A stretch of DNA of 64,000 bases from Sedimenticola sp. (GTDB lineage: Bacteria; Pseudomonadota; Gammaproteobacteria; Chromatiales; Chromatiaceae): positions 5,553 to 69,552 of the forward strand of contig JALVNE010000339.1 of NCBI GenBank assembly GCA_027026755.1, in the 5' to 3' direction. The notes beneath the pieces were generated by a model. It saw nothing but the letters and a program-made list of their open reading frames with translations, did no database searches and was not told the origin of the DNA. The translations under genes were made by a program, and so were the position numbers. This document shows, one piece after another, positions 34,881 to 44,869 of the stretch. Every line of letters starts with the position of its first letter. The first letter of the stretch is position 1.

Positions 34881-35020
34881 TTAACACCTCTCTCAATCAG
34901 ACAAATCCTTTTCTCCTTTCAGTGTAGACCTCTGAGCACAAAAAAACAGGAGAGGCATGCTCGAATCGCCGGAAAACTCCTATGAGTAACCGGCGTGCGG
35001 AGAAGGCTGGGGAGTAAAGA

Positions 35021-35935
35021 TTATTCCGGCTTTTTCCTGCGCGCCCGGGGATGAGCCTGGTCATAGACCTGGGCCAGGTGCTGGAAGTCCAGATGCGTAT
35101 AGATCTGGGTGGTGCTGATGTCGGCGTGACCCAGGAGTTCCTGCACGGCACGCAGGTCGCCGGAGGATTCCAGCAGATGGCTGGCGAAGGAATGGCGCAG
35201 CAGGTGGGGGTGGACATGCCGGGGGCTGCCCTGCTCCAGGGCGCGTTTGGCCAGGCGGCTCTGTACCGAGCGGGGGCTGAGGCGCCGGCCCCGCTGGCTG
35301 ACGAACAGGGCCTGTTCATCCCCGGCAGACAGGGACGGGCGTACCTGCAGCCAGCGTTCGAGGGCTTCCAGGGCCTTGCGTCCCACGGGCAGGCGCCGGG
35401 TCTTGCTGCCCTTGCCGGTGACTTCCAGCATGGCATCCTGCAGATCCAGGTCTGCCAGGTTCACGGACACCAGTTCCGCCAGGCGCAGACCGGAAGAATA
35501 CAGCAGCTCCATGATGGCCTGGTCCCGCAGATCCAGAGGCTCGTCGCCAGGCAGTTCCAGAAGCTGGGTCATCTGATCCACGTCCAGGGTGGCGGGCAAT
35601 TTGCGTTCGGCCTTGGGGGCGCGCACGCCCATGGCCGGGTTGTTTTCCACCCGGCCTCGCCGTTTGAGATAGCGATAGAAGGCGCGCAGGGCAGCCAGGC
35701 GGCGCTGCAGGCTTTTCGCCGACAGGCCCTGGCGGTGGCGCAGGGCGGCCCAGGCGCGCACCTGCGCCTGGCCGAGGCGCCGCCAGTCAAGCTGCTGCTG
35801 ATCCAGCCAGGCGGCCATGTCCTTGAGATCGCGGCCATAGGCTTCCACGGTGCGGGGAGACAGGCGCCGCTCCAGGGAAAGATGGCGCAGGAAGTCGTTC
35901 AGCAACGCATCTTCACTGGCGGGGGTGCGGGTCAT
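35021..35935 (-). CDS. xerC: Tyrosine recombinase XerC
   Basis: HPHLLRHSFASHLLESSGDLRAVQELLGH, YDQAHPRA; dapF-DUF484-xerC synteny. Confidence 0.95.
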   Translation of the reverse strand: MTRTPASEDALLNDFLRHLSLERRLSPRTVEAYGRDLKDMAAWLDQQQLDWRRLGQAQVRAWAALRHRQGLSAKSLQRRLAALRAFYRYLKRRGRVENNPAMGVRAPKAERKLPATLDVDQMTQLLELPGDEPLDLRDQAIMELLYSSGLRLAELVSVNLADLDLQDAMLEVTGKGSKTRRLPVGRKALEALERWLQVRPSLSAGDEQALFVSQRGRRLSPRSVQSRLAKRALEQGSPRHVHPHLLRHSFASHLLESSGDLRAVQELLGHADISTTQIYTHLDFQHLAQVYDQAHPRARRKKPE

Positions 35936-36606
35936 GCCCGGGCCGGGTTGCTCAGGGCCTGCAGGCTCAGGCTAACCAGTTCCCCCAGGCGGATGAGAAA
36001 ATCCACGCTCTTGCCGGAATGGAAGCGCTCCCGGTCCTGGCTGCCAATGGCGAGGATGCCGGACAGGTCGCTGGTGCGTATGGGGATGAGGGCGGCGGAG
36101 CCTTCCTCCCCGGCCTGGTCGCCGAACAGGGTCTTGAGCTTGTCACCCTTGAGGGGGCCGCAGGTGGGTTTGTCCGCGTCCATGAAGGTGCGGAAGATGG
36201 CCATGCCGGATTCGCTCACCTGGGCTTCCTCCAGCTCGCGGGTGGAAAACAGCTTCAGTTCCACGGCATCGGCGTTGAAGCGTTCGCGCAGCTCGTCCTG
36301 CAGGGTGGTGAGGATGTCCTGGCGGGATTCCGCCTCGATGAGACGCAGGGTGAGACGGTGCAGGCGCTGGTTCAGCCTGTCGTTGTCCCGGGCCACGGCA
36401 ATCAGTTCCTGGAGCTGTTTCTGGTAGGCTTCGGCCTTGTCCTGCAGCATGCGCACCTTGTGTTCCAGCAGGGAGACGGCGCCGCCGGTCTTGTGGGGCA
36501 CTTTGATGTCGTCGAGAACGCTGGTGTGCCTCAGGAAGAAACGCGGATGGGAGCGCAGATAGTCACAAATCTGTTGCTCGAAATCCTGGTCTATGTCGCT
36601 GCTCAT
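35932..36606 (-). CDS. DUF484 family protein (YigA-like)
   Basis: [16 protein letters not shown]; synteny. Confidence 0.88.
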   Translation of the reverse strand: MSSDIDQDFEQQICDYLRSHPRFFLRHTSVLDDIKVPHKTGGAVSLLEHKVRMLQDKAEAYQKQLQELIAVARDNDRLNQRLHRLTLRLIEAESRQDILTTLQDELRERFNADAVELKLFSTRELEEAQVSESGMAIFRTFMDADKPTCGPLKGDKLKTLFGDQAGEEGSAALIPIRTSDLSGILAIGSQDRERFHSGKSVDFLIRLGELVSLSLQALSNPARA

Positions 36607-37433
36607 AATTCAATAGTGCCTTCGAATACTTCTGTTGCCGGGCCGGTCATCCATACGGGCTGGCCTTCTCCTGCCCAGCTTACCACAAGATCCCCGCCAC
36701 GCAGATGGACCTGCACGGTTTCATCCAGCAGGCCCTGCATGCGCCCGGACACCACGGCGGCGCAGGCGCCGCTGCCGCAGGCCAGGGTTTCACCCGCGCC
36801 CCTTTCGTACACCCGCAAGTCGATTTCTCTCGGAGAACGCACGGCCATGAAGCCTGCATTGACCCGCTGGGGAAAGCGCGGGTGGTTCTCCATGGCCGGC
36901 CCCAGGGATACCACTGGGGCTGTGGCCACGTCCTCCACCACCAGCACCGCGTGCGGGTTGCCCATGGAGACGGCGCCAATGCGGAGGGTTTCCCCGGCAA
37001 TGTCGATGTCGTAGAGCGCCTGTTTTCTGTCGGCAAGAAAAGGAATGTCTTCAGGCTCGAGCACGGGCACCCCCATGTTCACCCTCACCTGTCCGTCTGG
37101 TTGCAAGTATAGCCGAATGTCGCCACCGGCCGTGCCCACGGGGATCTCGGTTTTTGGCGTCAGGCCGTGGTCGTGGACGAAGCGCGCGAAGCAGCGGGCG
37201 CCGTTGCCGCATTGCTCCACCTCCGAGCCGTCGGCGTTGAAGATGCGGTAGTAGAAGTCCGTGTTTCTGTTGCGGGGTCTTTCCACCAGGAGGATCTGGT
37301 CGCAACCGATGCCAAAACGCCGGTCAGCGATGAAGCGCAGCTGCTCCGGGCTCAGGTTCACGGATTGATTGATGGCGTCGAAGACCACGAAGTCGTTGCC
37401 CAGGCCGTGCATCTTGCTGAAACCCAGTCTCAT
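36603..37433 (-). CDS. dapF: Diaminopimelate epimerase
   Basis: [31 protein letters not shown]. Confidence 0.97.
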   Translation of the reverse strand: MRLGFSKMHGLGNDFVVFDAINQSVNLSPEQLRFIADRRFGIGCDQILLVERPRNRNTDFYYRIFNADGSEVEQCGNGARCFARFVHDHGLTPKTEIPVGTAGGDIRLYLQPDGQVRVNMGVPVLEPEDIPFLADRKQALYDIDIAGETLRIGAVSMGNPHAVLVVEDVATAPVVSLGPAMENHPRFPQRVNAGFMAVRSPREIDLRVYERGAGETLACGSGACAAVVSGRMQGLLDETVQVHLRGGDLVVSWAGEGQPVWMTGPATEVFEGTIEL

Positions 37434-38116
37434 GGCCGGGCTTCCGCGACGGATGACAGCCTGCCCATGACGGCCAGGTGGCGGTTACTGACCTGTTCCA
37501 CACTGAGTTGGTCCAGCCCGCAGGCGGAAAGTTGCGCCCGCACCTCGTCCAGGGTGTAGGCGGCATGCAGGGAGGCGCGGAAATCCCGGCGCAGCACGTC
37601 TGGCGCATCGGCGGCATATTGCGCCACCAGGCTGTCCAGCGCCTCCGGACTGTTGGGGCGCAGCAGGTCCATGACCAGCACATGAGCGCCGGGGGCGCCC
37701 TGGTCGCGGATGCTGCGCCACAGATCCAGGGGATCTTTCAGGTGATGCAGCAGACTGTTGGACACCAGGGCGTCGTAGTCACCGGCCAGGCTGCTGCGGG
37801 TGGGCAAATGCTGGCAGTGCAGGCGGATGCGGTCTTCCAGGTTCCCGGCGGCCACGGCCTTTGCTGCCAGGTCGAGCATGGCCGGCGCACCGTCCACGGC
37901 ATCTATCCTCGCCTCGGGATACCGCCGGGCGAAGCGCAGGGGAATGTCCGCCGGGCCGCAGCCCAGGTCCAGCATCCGTCCCCTGAATTCACCAGGGTGC
38001 AGGCGACTGAACAGGTCCAGAAACAGTTCATTGGACTCGGAAAAATCGGCCTCGGCATAGGCCAGGGCCTGATCCGCCTCGTCCATCAGTTCTTCAGGTT
38101 CGGGGGTGCGCTTCAT
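37430..38116 (-). CDS. Class I SAM-dependent methyltransferase
   Basis: [17 protein letters not shown]. Confidence 0.85.
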   Translation of the reverse strand: MKRTPEPEELMDEADQALAYAEADFSESNELFLDLFSRLHPGEFRGRMLDLGCGPADIPLRFARRYPEARIDAVDGAPAMLDLAAKAVAAGNLEDRIRLHCQHLPTRSSLAGDYDALVSNSLLHHLKDPLDLWRSIRDQGAPGAHVLVMDLLRPNSPEALDSLVAQYAADAPDVLRRDFRASLHAAYTLDEVRAQLSACGLDQLSVEQVSNRHLAVMGRLSSVAEARP

Positions 38117-39360
38117 GGAATCAGGTGCTCGCCCCGGTACAGGTCCGCCAGGGTTTCACGCTCGCGCACCAAATACATCTGGTCACCGTCCACCATGACT
38201 TCCGCCGCCCGGGGGCGGCTGTTGTAATTGGAGGCCATGGTGAAGCCATAGGCGCCGGCGGAGCGTACCGCCAGCAGGTCGCCGGGGCTGAGGCTGAGGG
38301 CTCTTTCCTTGCCCAGGAAATCCCCCGTCTCGCACACGGGGCCCACGATGTCATAGACGCCGTCCCGGCCCCTGGCCTGCTCGTCCGCCGGGATGATGGC
38401 CTGCCAACTCTGGTACAGGGCGGGGCGGATGAGATCGTTCATGGCCGCGTCCACGATGGCGAAATCCTTTTCCTCCGTGGGCTTGAGATATTCCACCCGG
38501 GTCAGGAGGATGCCGGCATTGGCGGCAATGGCCCGTCCCGGCTCGATGAAGATGTCGAAGGGCCGGTCCGCCAGCTGCTCCGAAATGGCGCGGGCATATT
38601 CCGCCGGAGAAGGCGGCGTTTCATCCTTGTAGCTGACGCCCAGGCCGCCCCCCAGGTCCAGGTGGTCGATGTCGATTCCCCGGGACGCCAGTTCATCCAC
38701 CAGCAGCAACACCCGGTCCAGGGCATCCAGAAAGGGCGACAGCTCCGTGAGCTGGGAACCGATGTGACAGTCGATGCCGGAGATCTTCAGCCCCGGCAGG
38801 GCGGCGGCCTTCTCGTACAAGGCCGCGGCTTGGGCTATGGGAATGCCGAACTTGTTCTCCTTCAGCCCCGTGGAGATATAGGGATGGGTGCCCGCGTCCA
38901 CGTCGGGATTCACGCGCAGGGCCACCGGCGCTTCCACCCCCATGGCCGTGGCCACCTGGGACAGGCGCTCCAGCTCAGGTTCGGATTCGACGTTGAAGCA
39001 GCGTATGCCCAGCTCCAGGGCGCGCTGCATTTCATCCACGCGCTTGCCCACGCCGGAAAACACGATGCGGCTGGTTCTGCCGCCGGCCTTGATGACCCGT
39101 TCCAGCTCCCCGAGGGACACGATGTCGAAACCTGAGCCAAGACGCGCCAGCACGTCCAGCACCGCCAGGTTGGAATTGGCCTTCACCGCGTAGCACACCA
39201 GGTGGGGATGATTGCTGAAGGCCTCGTCGAAGGCGCGCCAGTGGCGTTCCAGCGTGGCCCGTGAATAGACATAGCAGGGTGTGCCATGGGCAGCAGCAAT
39301 CTCCCTCACGGGGATGTCCTCTGCGTGCAGCTGGCCGTTCTTGTAGTTGAAATGATCCAT
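38113..39360 (-). CDS. lysA: Diaminopimelate decarboxylase
   Basis: YAVKANSN, HIGSQL, IEPGR, GPVCETGD. Confidence 0.97.
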   Translation of the reverse strand: MDHFNYKNGQLHAEDIPVREIAAAHGTPCYVYSRATLERHWRAFDEAFSNHPHLVCYAVKANSNLAVLDVLARLGSGFDIVSLGELERVIKAGGRTSRIVFSGVGKRVDEMQRALELGIRCFNVESEPELERLSQVATAMGVEAPVALRVNPDVDAGTHPYISTGLKENKFGIPIAQAAALYEKAAALPGLKISGIDCHIGSQLTELSPFLDALDRVLLLVDELASRGIDIDHLDLGGGLGVSYKDETPPSPAEYARAISEQLADRPFDIFIEPGRAIAANAGILLTRVEYLKPTEEKDFAIVDAAMNDLIRPALYQSWQAIIPADEQARGRDGVYDIVGPVCETGDFLGKERALSLSPGDLLAVRSAGAYGFTMASNYNSRPRAAEVMVDGDQMYLVRERETLADLYRGEHLIP

Positions 39361-39363
39361 GGT

Positions 39364-39477
39364 TCAGCCGTCGCTTTGTTGGTGGTCGTCGGGAAGATAC
39401 AGGGGGCCCTTGCTGCCGCAGGCGCTCAGCAGAGGCAGCAGCAGAACCAGCAGCAACAGCAATCGCTTCGTCTTCAT
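39364..39477 (-). CDS. lptM: Small lipoprotein LptM/YifL/LppL (below ORF-track cutoff)
   Basis: Hand translation MKTKRLLLLLVLLLPLLSACGSKGPLYLPDDHQQSDG*; lipobox + CGxKGPLYLP; upstream of lysA. Confidence 0.88.
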   Translation of the reverse strand: MKTKRLLLLLVLLLPLLSACGSKGPLYLPDDHQQSDG

Positions 39478-39540
39478 GGGGAAACAGGAAAAGGGTTGAA
39501 CGGCCTGCTAGTATAGCGTTTTTTTCAACCGGACTCTGCC

Positions 39541-40206
39541 ATGGAATACCCGCCCTGTGTGGAAATCGACCCCGAAGGGCCCGCCCGCCACAGCGTCATC
39601 TGGCTGCATGGCCTGGGCGCCGACGGCAATGATTTCCTTCCCCTGCTGCCCGAGTTGCGCATCCCTGCCGGCAAAGGGGTGCGCTTCGTGTTTCCCAATG
39701 CCCCCAGGATGCCGGTGACCGTGAACAATGGCTATGTCATGCCGGCCTGGTACGACATCTACGGTATGGATCTGCTGGCGAAGATCGACGTGGACGGCAT
39801 TCTGGCCTCTGCAGATTATCTGCTGAAACTGGTGGATGAAGAAATTTCCAAGGGCATCGCGCCGGAAAACATCCTCCTGGCGGGTTTCTCACAGGGTGGC
39901 GTCATTGCGCTTGCCGCCGCCCTGCGCAGCGACCTGCCCCTGGCCGGCGTCATGGCTCTGTCCACCTACCTGCCAAAGGCTGTCCCCCTGGGCAGCCAGG
40001 TGCCCCGCCACATCTTCCAGGCCCACGGGCGCATGGATGACGTGGTGCCCTGGCAGGCGGCCAGGGACGCCCGGGAGCGCCTGGAGGCCATGGGACATCA
40101 GGTGGAATGGCATGAATACGACATGGCCCATTCCCTGTGCGCCGAGGAAGTGGCGGACATGCGGGAATGGATGATGGCGCGGCTGTTTGGGCCGGAACAT
40201 ACCTGA
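39541..40206 (+). CDS. Carboxylesterase/phospholipase (alpha/beta hydrolase)
   Basis: WLHGLGADG, GFSQGG, HG..DDVVP. Confidence 0.9.
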   Translation: MEYPPCVEIDPEGPARHSVIWLHGLGADGNDFLPLLPELRIPAGKGVRFVFPNAPRMPVTVNNGYVMPAWYDIYGMDLLAKIDVDGILASADYLLKLVDEEISKGIAPENILLAGFSQGGVIALAAALRSDLPLAGVMALSTYLPKAVPLGSQVPRHIFQAHGRMDDVVPWQAARDARERLEAMGHQVEWHEYDMAHSLCAEEVADMREWMMARLFGPEHT

Positions 40207-40216
40207 GCTTTCAGGG

Positions 40217-40244
40217 TTGAAAGCTGTCTGATTCATCCCAATCT
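40217..40244 (+). promoter_or_regulatory. Putative sigma-32 promoter
   Basis: TTGAAA-N14-CCCAATCT vs consensus TTGAAA-N13/14-CCCCATNT. Confidence 0.45.
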
Positions 40245-40283
40245 GCAGGCTTATGGATTGATTATTGTTTTGGAGTGCAGAAC

Positions 40284-40493
40284 ATGTCTGAAATACAGGA
40301 AATCGAATTGCAGCGCCATCACGAGGAACTTGTCAGTGATGTGAGAGAGCTGGTGGAAAAATATCGCCGGATCATGGATTGGGATGTTCCAGACAACGAT
40401 GACGCCGAGTCCGACCGGCTCATCATGCAGGCGATCAAGTCCGCCCTGGTGCAGGTGGAAGAAGAGTTGTTGGGCAAGGGAAAAACCGGCTGA
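40284..40493 (+). CDS. Small acidic hypothetical protein
   Basis: GGAG RBS; helical ORF with WDVP motif. Confidence 0.7.
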   Translation: MSEIQEIELQRHHEELVSDVRELVEKYRRIMDWDVPDNDDAESDRLIMQAIKSALVQVEEELLGKGKTG

Positions 40494-40518
40494 CAACTCC
40501 CGCCCGGGGCGGCTGTCC

Positions 40519-40586
40519 GGGGTCGGAGTCAAATCACAGCAATCGTCTGAAAAATCCGCCGCTTTGGATGATTTGACTCTGACCCC
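40519..40586. repeat. ~68-bp inverted-repeat element (GGGGTCGGAGTCAAATCA family), copy 1
   Basis: ggggtcggagtcaaatca...tgatttgactctgacccc. Confidence 0.8.
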
Positions 40587-40591
40587 TAATA

Positions 40592-40945
40592 TTATCCGTA
40601 TTCCTCCGCCCTTCGTGCATTCCCCTTCACCTGTTCCACGGGATAGCGTTTCTCATTGATGGCGATCTTCTGCCAGGCGGCGTCCAGAAGGTTGATGTCC
40701 AGGCGCTCGGCAAGGCGCACCAGGTAGATGAAGATGTCCGCCATTTCCAGAGCCACGGCTTCTTTCTTGTCTTCATCCAGGGCCATGCTCTGTTCTTCCG
40801 TGAGCCACTGGAAATGCTCCAGCAGTTCGCCGGTTTCCCCGGCCAGGGCCATGCACAGGTTCTTGGGGCTGTGGAACTGTTCCCAGTCACGCTCCCGGGC
40901 GAAGCGCAGCAGGCGTTCGTTGAGTTCCTGAATGGAGTCGCTCAC
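40592..40945 (-). CDS. MazG-like nucleotide pyrophosphohydrolase (dCTP pyrophosphatase type)
   Basis: RDWEQFHSPKNL..AL..E.GELLEHFQW, EMAD; GTG start. Confidence 0.88.
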   Translation of the reverse strand: MSDSIQELNERLLRFARERDWEQFHSPKNLCMALAGETGELLEHFQWLTEEQSMALDEDKKEAVALEMADIFIYLVRLAERLDINLLDAAWQKIAINEKRYPVEQVKGNARRAEEYG

Positions 40946-41520
40946 CAGTTCTCTCCCAGCAGTTCGAAATGCGCCTGGGGATGCAGGCAGGCGGGGCACA
41001 AGTCCGGGGCTTCCTCCGCTTCGTGGAGATAGCCACAGTTGCGGCAGCGCCAGACCACTTTGCCGTTGCGCTTGAATACGCGGCCGGCTTCCAGATTGTC
41101 CGCCAGTTCCTTGTAGCGCTTGCCGTGCTGTTTCTCAGCCACGGAAATGGCTTCAAAAGCAGCGGCAATCTCATCGAAACCTTCCTGGCGCGCGGTTTCT
41201 GCCATGGCGGGATACATGTCCGACCATTCGTATTCTTCTCCGGCAGCAGCAGCGCGCAGGTTCTCCAGGGTACTGCCCAGAGGGCCGGCAGGGAAGGTTT
41301 CGGTGATCTCCACCTCACCGCCTTCGAGAAACTTGAAGAAACGCTTGGCGTGTTCCTTCTCCTGGTTGGCGGTTTCCTCGAAGATGGCGGAGATCTGCAC
41401 CAGGCCCTCCTTGCGGGCGATGCCGGCATAGTAGGTATAACGGTTGCGGGCCTGGGATTCTCCGGCAAAGGCTTTCATCAGGTTCTTTTCGGTTTCGGTT
41501 CCCTTGATGCTCTTGCTCAT
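40942..41520 (-). CDS. rbr: Rubrerythrin
   Basis: AFAGESQARNRY, EKEH, EKQH, C-terminal CRNC..CPAC. Confidence 0.93.
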   Translation of the reverse strand: MSKSIKGTETEKNLMKAFAGESQARNRYTYYAGIARKEGLVQISAIFEETANQEKEHAKRFFKFLEGGEVEITETFPAGPLGSTLENLRAAAAGEEYEWSDMYPAMAETARQEGFDEIAAAFEAISVAEKQHGKRYKELADNLEAGRVFKRNGKVVWRCRNCGYLHEAEEAPDLCPACLHPQAHFELLGENW

Positions 41521-41563
41521 GCGATTTCTCCAGAGATGAATGTGATGCCACTATACTACAGCG

Positions 41564-42403
41564 ATGGCGGATACACGGATAGAACTCCACGTGGAGGCCG
41601 GGGCAGAGGAAATCAAGGCCGTGGACCTTCTGGCGCGGTATTGCAGCCTTTCCCGGGGGCAGCTGAAAAAAGCGATGAAAAACGGCGCCCTGTGGCTGGA
41701 GCGTGGGAAGCGGATACAGCGCCTGCGCCGCGTGAACCGGGTGCTGAAACCGGGCGATGTGCTGCATCTTTACTATGACGCCCGCATTCAGCAGCAGACG
41801 CCGGCGGAAGCGGTGCTGGTCGCGGATGAAGGCGATTACAGCGTCTGGTTTAAGCCCCCGGGCATGTATTCCCAGGGCAGCAAATGGGGCGATCACTGCA
41901 GCCTGCCGCGCTGGGCCGAGCAGCATCTCAAGCCCCAGCGTAATGCCTTCATCGTGCATCGTTTGGACCGGGCGGCGTCCGGACTGATGCTGCTGGCGCA
42001 CACCAAGGCCGCGGCGGCGAAGTTGTCCGGGCTGTTCCGCACCCGGGGTGTGACCAAGCGTTATCGAGTCAAGGTTCGGGGGCACTTTTGCAGGGAGATT
42101 ATCTGTATTGATACGCCGTTGGATGACAAGCCCGCCCGCTCCTGCGTGGTTCTCCTGGCCTATGACCAAGACCGGGATCAGAGCCTGCTGGAGGTGGACA
42201 TCGAAACCGGGCGCAAGCACCAGATTCGCCGTCATCTGGCCGGGATAGGCTTTCCCGTGGTGGGAGACAGGCTGTATGGTGGCGGGAAAGAAGACGATTT
42301 GCAGTTGCAGTCCGTGTACCTGGCCTTCAACTGCCCTTTGAAAGGGCAAAGGCGCGAATACCGCCTGCCGGGGCATTTGCAGGCCGGACCGTCAGGCGGA
42401 TAA
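41564..42403 (+). CDS. RluA-family pseudouridine synthase
   Basis: KPPG, HRLD, TGRKHQIR, GDRLYG. Confidence 0.9.
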   Translation: MADTRIELHVEAGAEEIKAVDLLARYCSLSRGQLKKAMKNGALWLERGKRIQRLRRVNRVLKPGDVLHLYYDARIQQQTPAEAVLVADEGDYSVWFKPPGMYSQGSKWGDHCSLPRWAEQHLKPQRNAFIVHRLDRAASGLMLLAHTKAAAAKLSGLFRTRGVTKRYRVKVRGHFCREIICIDTPLDDKPARSCVVLLAYDQDRDQSLLEVDIETGRKHQIRRHLAGIGFPVVGDRLYGGGKEDDLQLQSVYLAFNCPLKGQRREYRLPGHLQAGPSGG

Positions 42404-42766
42404 CAGGGCTTTCATGTCCGCGGTCTGCACCGGCCTCACCAATACCCCATGCAGGGGAAAGATCTCCCGCAGCTTGTCCGTATGTTGTTGTTCTTCCTTG
42501 TCACAGAAAACGATCACCCGGCATTGGGGCGCGTATTTCTGCAGGCTGTAGAGCAGCACATCCAGGTTACTGATATTCACTCCGGCATAGTTGTTGCTGT
42601 AGCCGTAGATGAACTCCGCCACGATATAGTCCGGCGCCCGCTTCTTCAAGGCGGCCATGACCTTGCGCATGTTGGTGAAGCGTTGTTCCTCCATCCCCAG
42701 TTGCCGGTACAGGCTGCTGAAATTGGGATGGGCGGCGGTTTCGATGATTGAGTAGATCAAGGGCAT
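42392..42766 (-). CDS. Hypothetical protein, receiver-like fold
   Basis: PDYIVAEF and RVIVF..RPV resemble REC strands; coupled to upstream gene. Confidence 0.65.
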   Translation of the reverse strand: MPLIYSIIETAAHPNFSSLYRQLGMEEQRFTNMRKVMAALKKRAPDYIVAEFIYGYSNNYAGVNISNLDVLLYSLQKYAPQCRVIVFCDKEEQQHTDKLREIFPLHGVLVRPVQTADMKALLSA

Positions 42767-43794
42767 TTGAGTTTTTTCATTTCCGCTTCGATCTCTGCAG
42801 CGCCAAGCTGCCGGAATTGCTGTTCATTGAACAAGGTGATGGCGCCGGCGGTTTCCGCCCAGGCGAAACCCGTGGCCCAGGCGGCGTGCCGGTAGCTTCC
42901 CTGCATGGCCCGCTGTACCACGAAAAGCCGGCCCGGCCGGTAGAGCAGGTTGTAGGCCTGGTTGCGGCGGTGCAGGTCTTCGATGAAATGCCAGGCGTCA
43001 TCCATGTCATCGAACCGGTTGCAGGGCAGGGGCCAGGGGCGGCTGCCGCCATTGTGTTGCCACATGGCATCTTCCACGGGATAGCCGCCAGTCTTGCCTA
43101 CATAGGTCTGTACATGCTGGTGATTGACCGAGGAACAGGCGCCCCGGGAGTTGTAGCCGAAGCCGCAGTCCGGCAGCCGTTCGCCCAGGGTTTCCAACAG
43201 GCGCCACAGGTATTCATGGGCGAACTTGCCCAGGTACTGGGGATGGCGTTCCTCGGGTTCCATGACCAGGATGCCGTGCAGGGGCGCGAAGGGAAATTTG
43301 TTGTACAGCAGGCGGCAATGGTGCCCCAGCAGTTCGCCTTCCCAGATGATTTCCTTGCGCAGAAAGGGCTTGTTGAAATGGAAGGCACCGTTGTCGAAGG
43401 GGGCGTGCAGGTCGCTGATGGCCTGGTCGCTCATGCGCGCCGGGCGGAAGGCGCGCAGCTGGTTGTATTGCAACTGCCAGGGGCCGATCTGGCGGAAACG
43501 GGTGGTCTGCAAGTCCTCCAGCCCCAGGGCCATGATCTTGAGAAAGACCAGGACGTCATCCGGCGCCTCGTTCAGGTCGCGCCCCCCGGCCAGGGTATGT
43601 TTCACCCTCTCGGCAAGTTGCTGGAAGCGGCTGCGGATGGCCGGCCGCAGCTGTTCCCAGAGTTCTTGGTCATAGAGGGCATTGGCCAGCACCAGGATGA
43701 AGCTGCCCAGCTGGTCCTCGTCCAGGAGGGTTTCCAGGCCCCGGACAAAGGTCTGGCGGAAGCGGTTTTCGTCGGTGAACAGGTCAGGCAGCAT
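42757..43794 (-). CDS. HIT-superfamily GDP-hexose phosphorylase-like protein (VTC2/GDPGP1-like)
   Basis: QYNQLRAFRP, PFD...FHFNK, NKFPF..LH, GYNSRGACSSVNHQHVQ. Confidence 0.7.
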   Translation of the reverse strand: MLPDLFTDENRFRQTFVRGLETLLDEDQLGSFILVLANALYDQELWEQLRPAIRSRFQQLAERVKHTLAGGRDLNEAPDDVLVFLKIMALGLEDLQTTRFRQIGPWQLQYNQLRAFRPARMSDQAISDLHAPFDNGAFHFNKPFLRKEIIWEGELLGHHCRLLYNKFPFAPLHGILVMEPEERHPQYLGKFAHEYLWRLLETLGERLPDCGFGYNSRGACSSVNHQHVQTYVGKTGGYPVEDAMWQHNGGSRPWPLPCNRFDDMDDAWHFIEDLHRRNQAYNLLYRPGRLFVVQRAMQGSYRHAAWATGFAWAETAGAITLFNEQQFRQLGAAEIEAEMKKLKCP

Positions 43795-44039
43795 CAGTCT
43801 TGTTTCTTTTCCTTGGGTTCCGGCACCGGGTCCACGCCGCCTTCATGGAAGGGATGACAGCGGCCCACGCGCTTGATGCCCAGCCAGATGCCTTTGAAAG
43901 GGCCGTGCTTCTCCATGGCTTCTATGGTGTAGGCGGAGCAGCTGGGATAGTAGCGACAATTGTTGCCCAGGAAAGGGCTGATGAGCAGTTGGTAGCCTTT
44001 CACCAGGCCGATGAGGGCGCGCTTGAGCAGGGATTTCAT
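43794..44039 (-). CDS. yidD: Membrane protein insertion efficiency factor YidD family
   Basis: YQLLISP...[22 protein letters not shown]; ATG 44039. Confidence 0.9.
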   Translation of the reverse strand: MKSLLKRALIGLVKGYQLLISPFLGNNCRYYPSCSAYTIEAMEKHGPFKGIWLGIKRVGRCHPFHEGGVDPVPEPKEKKQD

Positions 44040-44866
44040 GCCAGACTCCTGCGGGCCTTGCCCTGCTGCCACCAGTGGCTGAATACGGCGGAAACCAGGT
44101 AACTGCTGCCAGCGATGAGTATGATGACGGCGCCCGCGGGTACATCCAGATAATAAGAGGCCATGATTCCCGCGGTGGTGAAGACCGCGCCCAGCAGGCT
44201 GGCCGCAATCATCATACGTCCCATGGTGTGAATGTAATGCCCGGCGATGGCGGCGGGCAGGGTGAGCAGGGCGATGACCAGCACCAGGCCCACCACCTGT
44301 ACCAGCAGCACCACGGTCAGGGCCACCAGGCACAGGAACAGCAGGTAGAAAAAACTCACCGGCACGCCGCGCAGGCGGGCGAATTCCTCGTCGAAGGAGA
44401 CGGCCAGGAACTGGCGGTAGAAGGCCAGCACCATGCCGATGACCAGCAGGTCCAGGGCGGTCATGTGCCCAATCTGTTCTCCCGAAACCAGCAATATGTT
44501 GCCGAACAGATAGCTCACCAGATCCGTGGCATAGCCGGGGGTGCGGGAGATGAACAGAATGCCGATGGACATGCCCATGGCCCACATGGCGCCGATGAGG
44601 GTGTCTTCCTGGGCGCGCCAGCGCAGCTTGATCCAGCCGATGAGCAGAGCGGCGATGATGGCTGCCACCAGGGCCCCCTTCATGGGCGCGAAGCCGAAGA
44701 ACAGAGCCGCGCCCATGCCGCCCAGCACGCTGTGGGAGATGCCGCCGGCCATGTAGCCGATGCGTTTCACCACCACATAGGTTCCCATGACGCCGCAGCC
44801 GATGCTGGCCAGCAGACCGGCAAGCAGGGCAGATTGCAGAAAACCGTATTCCAGGATGGCGTGCAT
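44036..44866 (-). CDS. znuB: Zn/Mn ABC transporter permease
   Basis: [32 protein letters not shown]. Confidence 0.88.
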   Translation of the reverse strand: MHAILEYGFLQSALLAGLLASIGCGVMGTYVVVKRIGYMAGGISHSVLGGMGAALFFGFAPMKGALVAAIIAALLIGWIKLRWRAQEDTLIGAMWAMGMSIGILFISRTPGYATDLVSYLFGNILLVSGEQIGHMTALDLLVIGMVLAFYRQFLAVSFDEEFARLRGVPVSFFYLLFLCLVALTVVLLVQVVGLVLVIALLTLPAAIAGHYIHTMGRMMIAASLLGAVFTTAGIMASYYLDVPAGAVIILIAGSSYLVSAVFSHWWQQGKARRSLA

Positions 44867-44869
44867 GGC

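Noticed and set aside
35021-35935. Tyrosine recombinase as a phage or integron integrase
   Set aside because: Sequence and dapF-DUF484 context identify housekeeping XerC
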